Shown piece after piece: positions 1 to 8,192 of a DNA stretch of 20,000 nucleotides (position 1 is the first letter of the stretch; every line of letters starts with the position of its first letter). The translations under genes were made by a program, and so were the position numbers. Source of the stretch: an uncultured virus (IMG/VR IMGVR_UViG_3300030104_003092) (taxonomy: Duplodnaviria; Heunggongvirae; Uroviricota; Caudoviricetes); IMG/VR virus record IMGVR_UViG_3300030104_003092; one strand, 5' to 3'. The notes beneath the pieces were generated by a model. That model worked only from the letters and a program-made list of their open reading frames with translations. It was not told the DNA's origin and made no database searches.

Positions 1-926
1 AACTTATCATAATCGTAAGTTTCGTTACCATTTTCATAATAAGCCTGAGTACCATAGTTAGATGGGTTATTGTTTTTACCAGCATATTCACTAGCTATCT
101 TAATGTAATCATCTTCGCTAAACTCATCACCAGCCTGCATTTTTAAATCAGCAATAGTCATAGAGTGAATCTCACCTGCGTGACGTATATTTTTAAAGTC
201 TGGTTTAGAAGAGAAAGATGTAATAAGATTTGCAGGATCAACGTGTCTTATTTTTACACCTTCTGTTTGAGATATTTCTGTTTTAGCTGCACATAAACCT
301 AATACTACTAGGTCACGAATCATGTATCTTTTAACCTCATCATAATCATTTGCATCAAGAGTGTATTCTATAGCTTTTTCTAAAGCTATCTCTACATTTT
401 GTTTATAGTTAAGAGCCATAAACATTTCAATCTCTTCTGTATTCTCTGCAACAAAACCTTTCTTAGAAAAAGATAAACCAGATTCATCCTCTACTTGTTC
501 ATAAAAATCTTTATTAATCATGTCTGCAAACATCATCTTTTTCTTTTCTAACCTTTCTTTTGCAGCTATAGGATCTATAGATTTAGCTTTTACATCATAT
601 TCTTGGTTTACCATACCATTCACAATGACATCTACAAACTTAGGAACTACAGATACAGGAGTAAAATCTATGTTAAGGTAAGAGGTGTCACCCTGAACAT
701 CAAGTAAGTCTTTGTATTTACCTATATCTTGATTACCTTCAGCGTAAGACCTGTTACGATTATATCGCATTTTACGATCTCTAAAGTACACATCACCATT
801 GTTATGCCACTCGTAATACATGGTCTTAAAGTATTCAAGACCATAAGCCTTATCAGCTTTTTCTTCGTTAGTAGCTAAAGGTGACGGATAACCATTTAAC
901 TTTTGTTTATTATTACCGTAGTTCAT
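1..926 (-). CDS. Portal protein (5' part; runs off the window)
   Basis: Not in the ORF track. My translation from ATG at 926 (ATGA overlap with the terminase stop) gives MNYGNNKQKLNGYPSPLATNEEK...SYLNIDFTPVSVVPKFVDVIVNGM...RDLVVLGLCAAK...VDPANLI, open to base 1. It lies directly downstream of TerL and these motifs resemble Bacteroidota-phage portals. Confidence 0.85.
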   Translation of the reverse strand, partial: MNYGNNKQKLNGYPSPLATNEEKADKAYGLEYFKTMYYEWHNNGDVYFRDRKMRYNRNRSYAEGNQDIGKYKDLLDVQGDTSYLNIDFTPVSVVPKFVDVIVNGMVNQEYDVKAKSIDPIAAKERLEKKKMMFADMINKDFYEQVEDESGLSFSKKGFVAENTEEIEMFMALNYKQNVEIALEKAIEYTLDANDYDEVKRYMIRDLVVLGLCAAKTEISQTEGVKIRHVDPANLITSFSSKPDFKNIRHAGEIHSMTIADLKMQAGDEFSEDDYIKIASEYAGKNNNPSNYGTQAYYENGNETYDYDK

Positions 927-3016
927 GCTCTTATTCTTTTACTGTACATACCTTTATTGTTGTATTTTTTAACAAAAGGTGATGAAGCTTTTATTTCTTT
1001 TTTAGGTTTAATATATTTCTGTGACGCTAATAAAGCCAGTGATGACGATATACTAGCATCGTATTTTGTTCTATTATCTATCTCGAACCTACTCCAATCA
1101 TCAAGAAGTGTGTTAAAGTAACATCTACCAATCTCTCCTGTACTAGCATTATAACCAACGTGGTCATATATATAAGTTGCTATAGCCTCTGCTTGAGCAT
1201 TAATTACTGCAGCACCTGATCCAGGTATACCCTTTGTCTTTTGCTTTCCTCTACTCCATTCTGTATGAGTCATATCTGGTCTATCCATTAAGTATTCATA
1301 GTATCCTCTGTTTTCAAAATACTTTAATATTCCTACTTTATTATTCTCTACCAATATTTGACAACCATAGAATACACACATCTTAATCATGTCTTCGTAA
1401 AATATCTCCGCTTTAGGAGGTCTATTAATATACTCACACACAAACTGCATAGACGCATCGCTTGCCATACTAAACTTATGGAATACATGAGCAGCAGCAT
1501 CAGACCTTCTACCATCCGTAGTGGTATCATGATCATAAGGGTCACATCCTGCAACCAAAGCATCTGATCTACCAGGGAACTTCTTGTTATACCTAGATGT
1601 AATAACATTTTGGTTTTGAACTTCTGGAACCCAAGTAATTTCCCATTTACCCTTTCTGTGAGGTATCCAAATAACCTCGCTATCTTGTACGCCATTCTTC
1701 CAAACAAACTCACCTTTTGTTGTAGGGCTATTATTAACCTCGTTGTAATCCATCTGTTGATAGATTCTTTCGACATCAAATATACAACTTTGTGTGTCAT
1801 TTCTAAATGCCTCTTCTACAGTAAATGGAAACTGTCTTTTAAATTCAGATAACGCTGTGGTATCATCCTTTAAGGCCTCCCTTCTATTCTGTATGTAATC
1901 TCTAGCTCCAGTGTCAATACCCATCTCGTCAATCCCCATTACTGGGTCTTTTGGAGTGTCTATAACGCTATACCCATACTCGTCTATAAATCCTTCTAGG
2001 TTGTCAAAAGCAGGTATAAATAATTTATACAAACCACTCTTTGTTCTACCGTTAAGATCTTTCTCTCCCATATCAGAATCGTAGAATATATCTTTAAACT
2101 CTGCACCACCATCCTGTTGTTTATTAGCAGTGGAGCCCATCATGCATTTACCAACTACTTTTCTACCAAGGAGTAAACAGGTTTGAGTTACACCCCAGTT
2201 TTTCTTTATAGAGTTTTGACCCGTCCACTTACCTGCTTCATCATGCACTAAAAGCTTAAGCTTCATACCGTCATAACTATTATCAGCAGTATTCTTCCAA
2301 TCTATAATAGAGTTTAAAGCTTCAGACTTCTCTATATGCTTTTGATTTTTAGTAATCTTTTTAGCAGGCTCCCTAAAAGCAAGCTCTACACGAGGATTAC
2401 TAGAACCATCTTGTATAGGTTGAAAAAAGAACGGGTAGTTCCTGTATATACGAACTACCTTGTCAGTAAACATTGTCTTAGCATCAGCACCTGTTTTAGA
2501 TAATAAACCAAAGTTGCTGTCATACATTTGTGTAGCTTGATTTACTATCTCACTACTTGCCATGTATGAAAAACCACTACGTCTGTTTTTAAGAAAACAC
2601 ATACCGTAAGAGTTCTTGTCGTTTTTACACGCTTCCCAAAAAATAAAGAACGTCCTATTAGCATCCCTGTAATCAGGATAACCAACATCTATTTTACTCC
2701 ACTGAAGAAACATATAATGAGACCCAGTGATATAAGTTGGAACACCATTGTTATAAAACCACAAACCATCTCTCCTTCTTCTAAACTCCTCATCTATGTA
2801 ATCTACATAGTCTGTAGCATTTTCCCTTGTTAGTCCCTTTGGTATATCTTGCCTAACCCACTTTTGTTTTTTCTTAGGCAAGTTATAATACAGTATATCT
2901 TTTTTATATCTAGGCTTTTTAGGTATAACTATATTTAAGTTATCAAACTCTAATACGTCACCCTCACTACCTTCTATTAAATATACTTTATCATTTTTTT
3001 GCATACCTTTCAGCAA
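923..3016 (-). CDS. terL: Terminase large subunit
   Basis: 697 aa. Walker A-like KNRRSGFS, Walker B LLVHDEAGKW, coupling motif MMGST, RNase H-like nuclease motifs GCDPYD, LVENNK and KYDASISS. The true start may be the ATG at 3004. Confidence 0.95.
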   Translation of the reverse strand: MLKGMQKNDKVYLIEGSEGDVLEFDNLNIVIPKKPRYKKDILYYNLPKKKQKWVRQDIPKGLTRENATDYVDYIDEEFRRRRDGLWFYNNGVPTYITGSHYMFLQWSKIDVGYPDYRDANRTFFIFWEACKNDKNSYGMCFLKNRRSGFSYMASSEIVNQATQMYDSNFGLLSKTGADAKTMFTDKVVRIYRNYPFFFQPIQDGSSNPRVELAFREPAKKITKNQKHIEKSEALNSIIDWKNTADNSYDGMKLKLLVHDEAGKWTGQNSIKKNWGVTQTCLLLGRKVVGKCMMGSTANKQQDGGAEFKDIFYDSDMGEKDLNGRTKSGLYKLFIPAFDNLEGFIDEYGYSVIDTPKDPVMGIDEMGIDTGARDYIQNRREALKDDTTALSEFKRQFPFTVEEAFRNDTQSCIFDVERIYQQMDYNEVNNSPTTKGEFVWKNGVQDSEVIWIPHRKGKWEITWVPEVQNQNVITSRYNKKFPGRSDALVAGCDPYDHDTTTDGRRSDAAAHVFHKFSMASDASMQFVCEYINRPPKAEIFYEDMIKMCVFYGCQILVENNKVGILKYFENRGYYEYLMDRPDMTHTEWSRGKQKTKGIPGSGAAVINAQAEAIATYIYDHVGYNASTGEIGRCYFNTLLDDWSRFEIDNRTKYDASISSSLALLASQKYIKPKKEIKASSPFVKKYNNKGMYSKRIRA

Positions 3017-3272
3017 AAGACCCTTTAAAGTCTTTCTTTTCTTCTATTAAATTTTCACCTTCTTTAATTCTATCTTCAAGATTTTTTATTCCTAAAAGAA
3101 TTTCTTGACAGTCCTCGAAGCATTCTCTTTTTGCTTTTATAGCTTGTCTTCTTTTAGCATCATCTTCTTCTATTAAGGGTTTACTAATCTCTTCTATAAG
3201 AAGATCTATAGCTCCTTTACTTGCCTCTATTAATCTTTCTAGAGTATCAAGTGCATAATTATTATTCTTCAT
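2991..3272 (-). CDS. Small helical protein, candidate terminase small subunit
   Basis: 93-aa charged, helical-looking ORF that overlaps the terL start. The TerS call is positional only. Confidence 0.5.
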   Translation of the reverse strand: MKNNNYALDTLERLIEASKGAIDLLIEEISKPLIEEDDAKRRQAIKAKRECFEDCQEILLGIKNLEDRIKEGENLIEEKKDFKGSFAERYAKK

Positions 3273-3825
3273 AGACAGCTAGAATATCAAAGTTTCTCAT
3301 TCTAAGTAAAGACTCTCCATTTATATTCATGTCATACTCAGAGTTCTCACTAAAAAATAATCTATCTCCTTTCTTAACCCCCTGATCTTTCATCCAATCA
3401 TTTATATATACAGCGTGACCATGGAGTTCTACCTCAGAAGCTGAACTTTCTAAAAATATACCAGACTCACTTTTTTCAGCTTCTTTATGTTCTTGTTTTA
3501 CAAAGTTCCAAATACCTATTGGTATCATTTCACCATCTCTTTCAACTAAATATATTTGAGTTGAATTAGCCTGATAGACCTCTTTGTCATCAATATATTT
3601 TACTTTATTTGCGTCTGTTGCAACAAAATGGTGAAACCAAACTTTATCACCTTTTTGTATATCTAAATTATTATGTATAGGTGTTTCATAAACCACTCCA
3701 AATTGTCTTGCTAATTTCATTGGATCATAAGACGTGTCTCTATACAACTCAATACCATTTAAGTTAATAGTATCTTCAGTTTGCTTTACCACTTCTATCC
3801 AGTAAAGGTCTTTAATTGGCTTCAT
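3262..3825 (-). CDS. GroES/Cpn10-like co-chaperonin with two tandem GroES-like domains
   Basis: Two repeats of the GroES pattern: MKPIKD...GIEL...GVV...IQKGDKVWF and MIPIG...KSESGIFL...GHAV...GVKKGDRLFF...INGESLLRMRNFDILAV. Confidence 0.8.
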   Translation of the reverse strand: MKPIKDLYWIEVVKQTEDTINLNGIELYRDTSYDPMKLARQFGVVYETPIHNNLDIQKGDKVWFHHFVATDANKVKYIDDKEVYQANSTQIYLVERDGEMIPIGIWNFVKQEHKEAEKSESGIFLESSASEVELHGHAVYINDWMKDQGVKKGDRLFFSENSEYDMNINGESLLRMRNFDILAVYEE

Positions 3826-3842
3826 ATTTATTTATTTTAAAT

Positions 3843-4121
3843 TTACTTAACTTCGTACTCTTCTTCCAGTACTGCAGTGTTATACTCTATAGCTGTAGGT
3901 TGAGAGAAAAACCTTTTCCAAGGTCTTGAGAACTCCTCTACATCTTTCTTTACATACACATCATACACCACCTGTTGATGCTTGTACCACGCTGCCTCAT
4001 CTTGTATTATGGCTGTGACTTCTAGAGAACCTCCAAGCATCTTTTGACCTACCTGATAAGTCAGTCCTTGCTTTAAGTCCCCTATTGTTATTTTTCTTAT
4101 AATAGGGTTTATTGCTTCCAT
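3843..4121 (-). CDS. Hypothetical phage protein
   Basis: 92-aa ORF with an AT-rich leader, co-oriented and tightly packed with its neighbours. Confidence 0.75.
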   Translation of the reverse strand: MEAINPIIRKITIGDLKQGLTYQVGQKMLGGSLEVTAIIQDEAAWYKHQQVVYDVYVKKDVEEFSRPWKRFFSQPTAIEYNTAVLEEEYEVK

Positions 4122-4147
4122 ATTTATTTAATTTAAATTTAATTATA

Positions 4148-5680
4148 CTATATTACTCTTGAGATTCTTACGTAATGAACATGAAGAACATCTATTGTTG
4201 CTGCTAAACTTTGTATACCTATATAAGGAAGTAAATTAGCACTAGCAGTCATTGCTAAAGATTTTGTTGTTGCTACAGATTGAGTTGCACCACCTGCTGT
4301 TGCAGTTGTAACTAAACCATATTGAACACCATTTACAAATACACTAATTTGTCTGTTCCCATCAAAAGAAATTTTTAATTTATAAACGGTGCTAGCAGTA
4401 ACTGTTATTCCTAAATCTGTTATATAATCAGTACCTGCTACACTGTATATAAAGTGAAGGTTAGCATTAGTAGTTAAGGTTCCTAAATCATCATCTGTAG
4501 CGTATAAAAAATAAGCTTTATCATCTTGATCTGCAATAGTACCACGATCTGTCCCTAAATTAAGTCCAGCAAATATAGCTTGGCTTGTAATACCTGTATG
4601 AGTAGAAAAACCTATATTAAGATCTATTTGATCACTAGGTGTAAAAAGTACATTTCTCCAAGGAGTAACATTACCTATAGTAGTATTATTACCTAAATTA
4701 GATTTTTTAGGTCTAAGAATCATTTGATCATTATCAGCTCCATTAGTAAAAAACTTAACACCTGGTTTAGCTCCACCGTATTGCATCAATGAATCTATAG
4801 AGTTAGTCCCAGACATAAACCAATTAGGATTAACTATAATATGAGGATCTATTGTAATTTGAATTGTAAAGGTCATACTAGCAATGTCAACACCAGTATT
4901 AGCTATTCTAATCTTACAAGACCCATCTGCTACATCATAAGCTGTTACAACAACACTAGCATTATCAGCTATAGTGGCACTGGTGTCAACAAGAATAGCC
5001 TGCACATAAGACTTAGAGTATATCATGTCACTGTTAAAGGTAAACTCTTGAGAGTCATTAGCAGCTAAGTCATTAGCTACTGTAGTAATTCTAGCTAATT
5101 TAGTGTGACTAGTTACAGCATTTGTTGCAGATGAAGCTTGAGTTATTTCAGTTTCTTGTATATCTTTATAAGGCATATCTTTAAAATACTCATCAAGATT
5201 ATACCTATCTTCAGCTTCAGTTAAAACACCTGATATACTAAGGTTACCACTTTGATCTAACTTCATTGTATTAGCACCATTAGTACCAAAAAACATAGAG
5301 TTAGTAGAGTGGTCGTAGGTTATAAGGCCTACATCATTATCGTCTGTATCCCCAAAGAATATATTACCTGATGAAGAAGATCCTGATAAAATAGACAAAC
5401 CTGCATCAGATGAGTTTTCTAAAGTTAAAAGATTTGCAGACGTATTAGATGTTACAGATCCTGCACTTACAGACATCACATGAAGTAAACCATCAGGAGT
5501 TAAACCCCCTGTACCAATACCTACTTTTAAAAACTCTGCTTTATCTGTAGATAAATTCATAGCAACTGAATTACCAGCACCAGTTTCTACAGAACGTAAA
5601 TTTGTATCTGTTATTTCAGCAGAAGTTTGTATTAAATTTTTATATGTAGATGATATTGACTTTCCTTTTAACGTAGACAT
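4148..5680 (-). CDS. Tail fibre/spike-like virion protein
   Basis: 510 aa, rich in T/S/G/A. It has the VGIGT..P..LLHV and 'MKLDQSGNL' motifs typical of trimeric beta-stranded fibres, and a C-terminal jelly-roll-like segment (YKLKISFDGNRQISVFVNG). Confidence 0.65.
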   Translation of the reverse strand: MSTLKGKSISSTYKNLIQTSAEITDTNLRSVETGAGNSVAMNLSTDKAEFLKVGIGTGGLTPDGLLHVMSVSAGSVTSNTSANLLTLENSSDAGLSILSGSSSSGNIFFGDTDDNDVGLITYDHSTNSMFFGTNGANTMKLDQSGNLSISGVLTEAEDRYNLDEYFKDMPYKDIQETEITQASSATNAVTSHTKLARITTVANDLAANDSQEFTFNSDMIYSKSYVQAILVDTSATIADNASVVVTAYDVADGSCKIRIANTGVDIASMTFTIQITIDPHIIVNPNWFMSGTNSIDSLMQYGGAKPGVKFFTNGADNDQMILRPKKSNLGNNTTIGNVTPWRNVLFTPSDQIDLNIGFSTHTGITSQAIFAGLNLGTDRGTIADQDDKAYFLYATDDDLGTLTTNANLHFIYSVAGTDYITDLGITVTASTVYKLKISFDGNRQISVFVNGVQYGLVTTATAGGATQSVATTKSLAMTASANLLPYIGIQSLAATIDVLHVHYVRISRVI

Positions 5681-5681
5681 T

Positions 5682-6068
5682 TTAATTTTTCTTTATTTTT
5701 TCTATAGACCTACCAGCAAAGTAAGCTCCATATACTGTTATTAATAAGGTTTGATATATAGGAATGTAACTCTCTTGTATAGTAAATCCTCCTACATTCC
5801 CATCAAACACTGACAAAACTACAAAAATTGCAGTTAAAAATATACATATCAGTGGTCTAATATTTTTAGATAGCCAGTTGTCAGACTTCATATCAGCCTC
5901 CCAACGTCTTGTAACTTGTTCTTGAGCTTGAGCTTCAGCTTTCATAAGAACCTCTTCCATAGCCTGTTTAGCAGCTAAACGTTCTTCTTCTGATGTAGAT
6001 AAATTATCTACAACATTACCAAGCTTTTCAATTACTCCTCCACCTAAAAAATTTAACAACTTACTCAT
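5682..6068 (-). CDS. Holin (GTA 3TM-holin-like)
   Basis: Amphipathic N-terminus, RWEADMKSDNWLSKNIRP motif, two hydrophobic helices and a basic tail (YFAGRSIEKIKK). Overlaps the endolysin stop by 4 nt. Confidence 0.8.
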   Translation of the reverse strand: MSKLLNFLGGGVIEKLGNVVDNLSTSEEERLAAKQAMEEVLMKAEAQAQEQVTRRWEADMKSDNWLSKNIRPLICIFLTAIFVVLSVFDGNVGGFTIQESYIPIYQTLLITVYGAYFAGRSIEKIKKN

Positions 6069-6520
6069 ACCTCTGCAAATTTATATTTAGTTCTTCCCTT
6101 ATCATCTTTGTAAGCTTCAAGAACTTCACTTCTATTGTTATTTTTCTTTAGAGATATGTGTATCCAAGAGAAATCAAACTCATTTATCATCTGATCAAAC
6201 TCTAAACCTGAATCTAAAATCCAATCATAGATAAACTTATTATTCATTTTTCCATCACTCCAGTATTGCAGGTCCAAAGCTTGAGCTTTGCTATGCTGAC
6301 TGCGAGATGATCCACCAATAGCTTTATTGAGTTGTGGACTACGATAACCACTACTAATACGAATAGGACCAACACCGTCCCTAAGAGGTTGTATGAGGTT
6401 GTCAATAAGGTTTTGCATATTTTCCAAATGTTCCTGAGACATCTCATTTTTTATTCCTAATCTTTTAGCTGTGTTGCTGTGCTCAATTTCTGCACGAGAA
6501 AAGTTTTTACTTAGTTTCAT
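6065..6520 (-). CDS. Endolysin, peptidase M15 (Zn D-Ala-D-Ala peptidase-like)
   Basis: LSKNFS..E, ISSGYRS..LN..IGGS..SQH...ALD and WIHIS motifs supply the H/D/H Zn ligands. Confidence 0.9.
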   Translation of the reverse strand: MKLSKNFSRAEIEHSNTAKRLGIKNEMSQEHLENMQNLIDNLIQPLRDGVGPIRISSGYRSPQLNKAIGGSSRSQHSKAQALDLQYWSDGKMNNKFIYDWILDSGLEFDQMINEFDFSWIHISLKKNNNRSEVLEAYKDDKGRTKYKFAEV

Positions 6521-6529
6521 AATTCATTT

Positions 6530-6865
6530 TTAAAACGCTTCCATGACTATTTCATCTATAGAGTCTTGAACTTCTTTCTTAGTAGCCTCCATAGTCATCA
6601 TTATATTTGCTTGAAATCTTTTTACCTCCTCGTTGTTATTTAAAACAAGTAGTGTAGGCACTACTACTATCTTATACTCGTTTGCCCACCTAGAGTCTGC
6701 TGCAATATCAACTCTCTTTGTTTCGCAATCAGTTAACTTAGTTAACCAAGGAACTTTATTGGCATCATTAAAACTAGCGTTAAACTCTACTACACATAAA
6801 CCATCAGGAAAGTCTTGTCCAAAACTTAAAATTGGTAGTAGTAGAAAAAATAAAACTTTTTTCAT
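6530..6865 (-). CDS. Secreted thioredoxin-fold protein lacking CxxC
   Basis: Signal peptide MKKVLFFLLLPILSFG|Q. Thioredoxin pattern VVEFNA...VDI...ANEYKIVVVPTLLVLNNNEEVKRF including the cis-Pro (VPT). The WCxxC position reads FNDAN. Confidence 0.7.
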   Translation of the reverse strand: MKKVLFFLLLPILSFGQDFPDGLCVVEFNASFNDANKVPWLTKLTDCETKRVDIAADSRWANEYKIVVVPTLLVLNNNEEVKRFQANIMMTMEATKKEVQDSIDEIVMEAF

Positions 6866-6870
6866 AACAA

Positions 6871-7155
6871 TTATTTTAGTTGATCAATCTTATCCTCCAT
6901 CCTCAGCATTTGCGTTTTTATTTCTTTTACGTCATCTTGAGTCGTCATAATAGTTTGACGTATAAGTTGATCCTTCATGTCATACTCCATTCGAGTAATC
7001 TCTGGGTCTGGAGGTAATGGTAGTTTTTTAGCTTCTGCTATATCGCCTTGAAGTACAAACCAACCACTAATTACTGCAGCCATTAAAACACCTATGCCAG
7101 CTAAAGTTTTTAAACTTACCTGTACTGCTGTATCTTCATTTAATTCTTTTGCCAT
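6871..7155 (-). CDS. Single-TM protein with Pro linker and C-terminal coiled coil
   Basis: Hydrophobic helix LAGIGVLMAAVISGWFVL, then LPLPPDP, then heptad-like DDVKEIKTQMLRMEDKIDQLK. Confidence 0.7.
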   Translation of the reverse strand: MAKELNEDTAVQVSLKTLAGIGVLMAAVISGWFVLQGDIAEAKKLPLPPDPEITRMEYDMKDQLIRQTIMTTQDDVKEIKTQMLRMEDKIDQLK

Positions 7156-7157
7156 TT

Positions 7158-8192
7158 TTAAAATATTACATAATTAATTCCTACACTGAAGTTGTGCCAA
7201 TCTCTGTTCCAATATTTATTATATCTTCCTTCCACAAATATACCTAAACTTTTATTAAATCTATAACCAAATATTAAACCCCCTGAATAATCAACCCACT
7301 GACCACCATTATACTTATGATAAGAGTATGTGTTTTTAGTGTCTAAGTGGTATGGCATAAGGTTTCCCCAAGTATGAAACCAAAAATCTTTTGTAAAATG
7401 ATAATAATCTAAACCTAAAACAAAAGAGTACTCAACAATACTAGATATAGAACTTCTTTGTTTTTCTACATAATTATTTATAACTTGTGGTATAACAACT
7501 TCTTCCCAAACAGCTTGACTGTTTGCTACAACATCACCACTAGGTGAAGAGTATTCTCCATCTAGACTAATAGAATACCCCTCTTGAAGAGCTAGGTATG
7601 TATAATGAAGAGTTCCATTATCTAGTACCCAGTCTTCTAAAGGATTAAAGCCATAAGGTTCGGCAAGTCTTTGCACAAAACCCCCGTTAAAAGAAAGCTT
7701 ACCGTCCCTTATCTTTAATCTAAATCTCTCTGAAGCCTCAAAGTATTTTATATCAGCAAAACCGTCCTCAAGATACTCTATCTTTGTCACCCACTTATCT
7801 GCAACATATCTTACAAAGTGATGTTGGTTTGTGTAATTAATACCTAATCGCCTAACAAAGTCAGCCTCAAATAAATATTCAAAGCCAGATAACCGACCTA
7901 ATGTTGCAGCGTCTGAGTACGAGTTCTCTGTACCGTTATAGAATGTGTTTGCTCTATTTTCGTATCCAAATCTTTTTATCTTCCTGATACCTATAGACAT
8001 ACTATAATCAAAAGGAGTTTCAATAACTTCTTCTTCTAACGAGCCTGAAGTAACTGACCACACTTGATTGTCAGATAAAGATGTACCACCATTTACAGCA
8101 GCATAAAATGTAGAGTATTTAAATATGTTATGTAAACCTTGAGATAAGCAGGTGGTTGAAATAAGAAGAAATAATACTAGTAGCCTTTTCAT
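7158..8192 (-). CDS. Putative outer-membrane beta-barrel protein
   Basis: Signal peptide MKRLLVLFLLISTTCLS|Q, alternating aromatic strands (YSFVLGLDYYHF, GGLIFGYRF, LGIFVEGRY), and a C-terminal FSVGINYVIF resembling a BAM beta-signal. Confidence 0.7.
   Translation of the reverse strand: MKRLLVLFLLISTTCLSQGLHNIFKYSTFYAAVNGGTSLSDNQVWSVTSGSLEEEVIETPFDYSMSIGIRKIKRFGYENRANTFYNGTENSYSDAATLGRLSGFEYLFEADFVRRLGINYTNQHHFVRYVADKWVTKIEYLEDGFADIKYFEASERFRLKIRDGKLSFNGGFVQRLAEPYGFNPLEDWVLDNGTLHYTYLALQEGYSISLDGEYSSPSGDVVANSQAVWEEVVIPQVINNYVEKQRSSISSIVEYSFVLGLDYYHFTKDFWFHTWGNLMPYHLDTKNTYSYHKYNGGQWVDYSGGLIFGYRFNKSLGIFVEGRYNKYWNRDWHNFSVGINYVIF

Noticed and set aside
903..1852. ORFs 903-1121(+), 1358-1567(+), 1387-1800(-) and 1610-1852(+)
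   Set aside because: Shadow or alternate-frame ORFs inside terL/portal with no recognisable motifs.
4841..6950. ORFs 4841-5068(+), 6244-6447(-) and 6633-6950(+)
   Set aside because: They lie within better-supported genes. I considered 6244-6447 as an embedded spanin because of its hydrophobic stretch, but it has no lipobox or periplasmic coiled coil.
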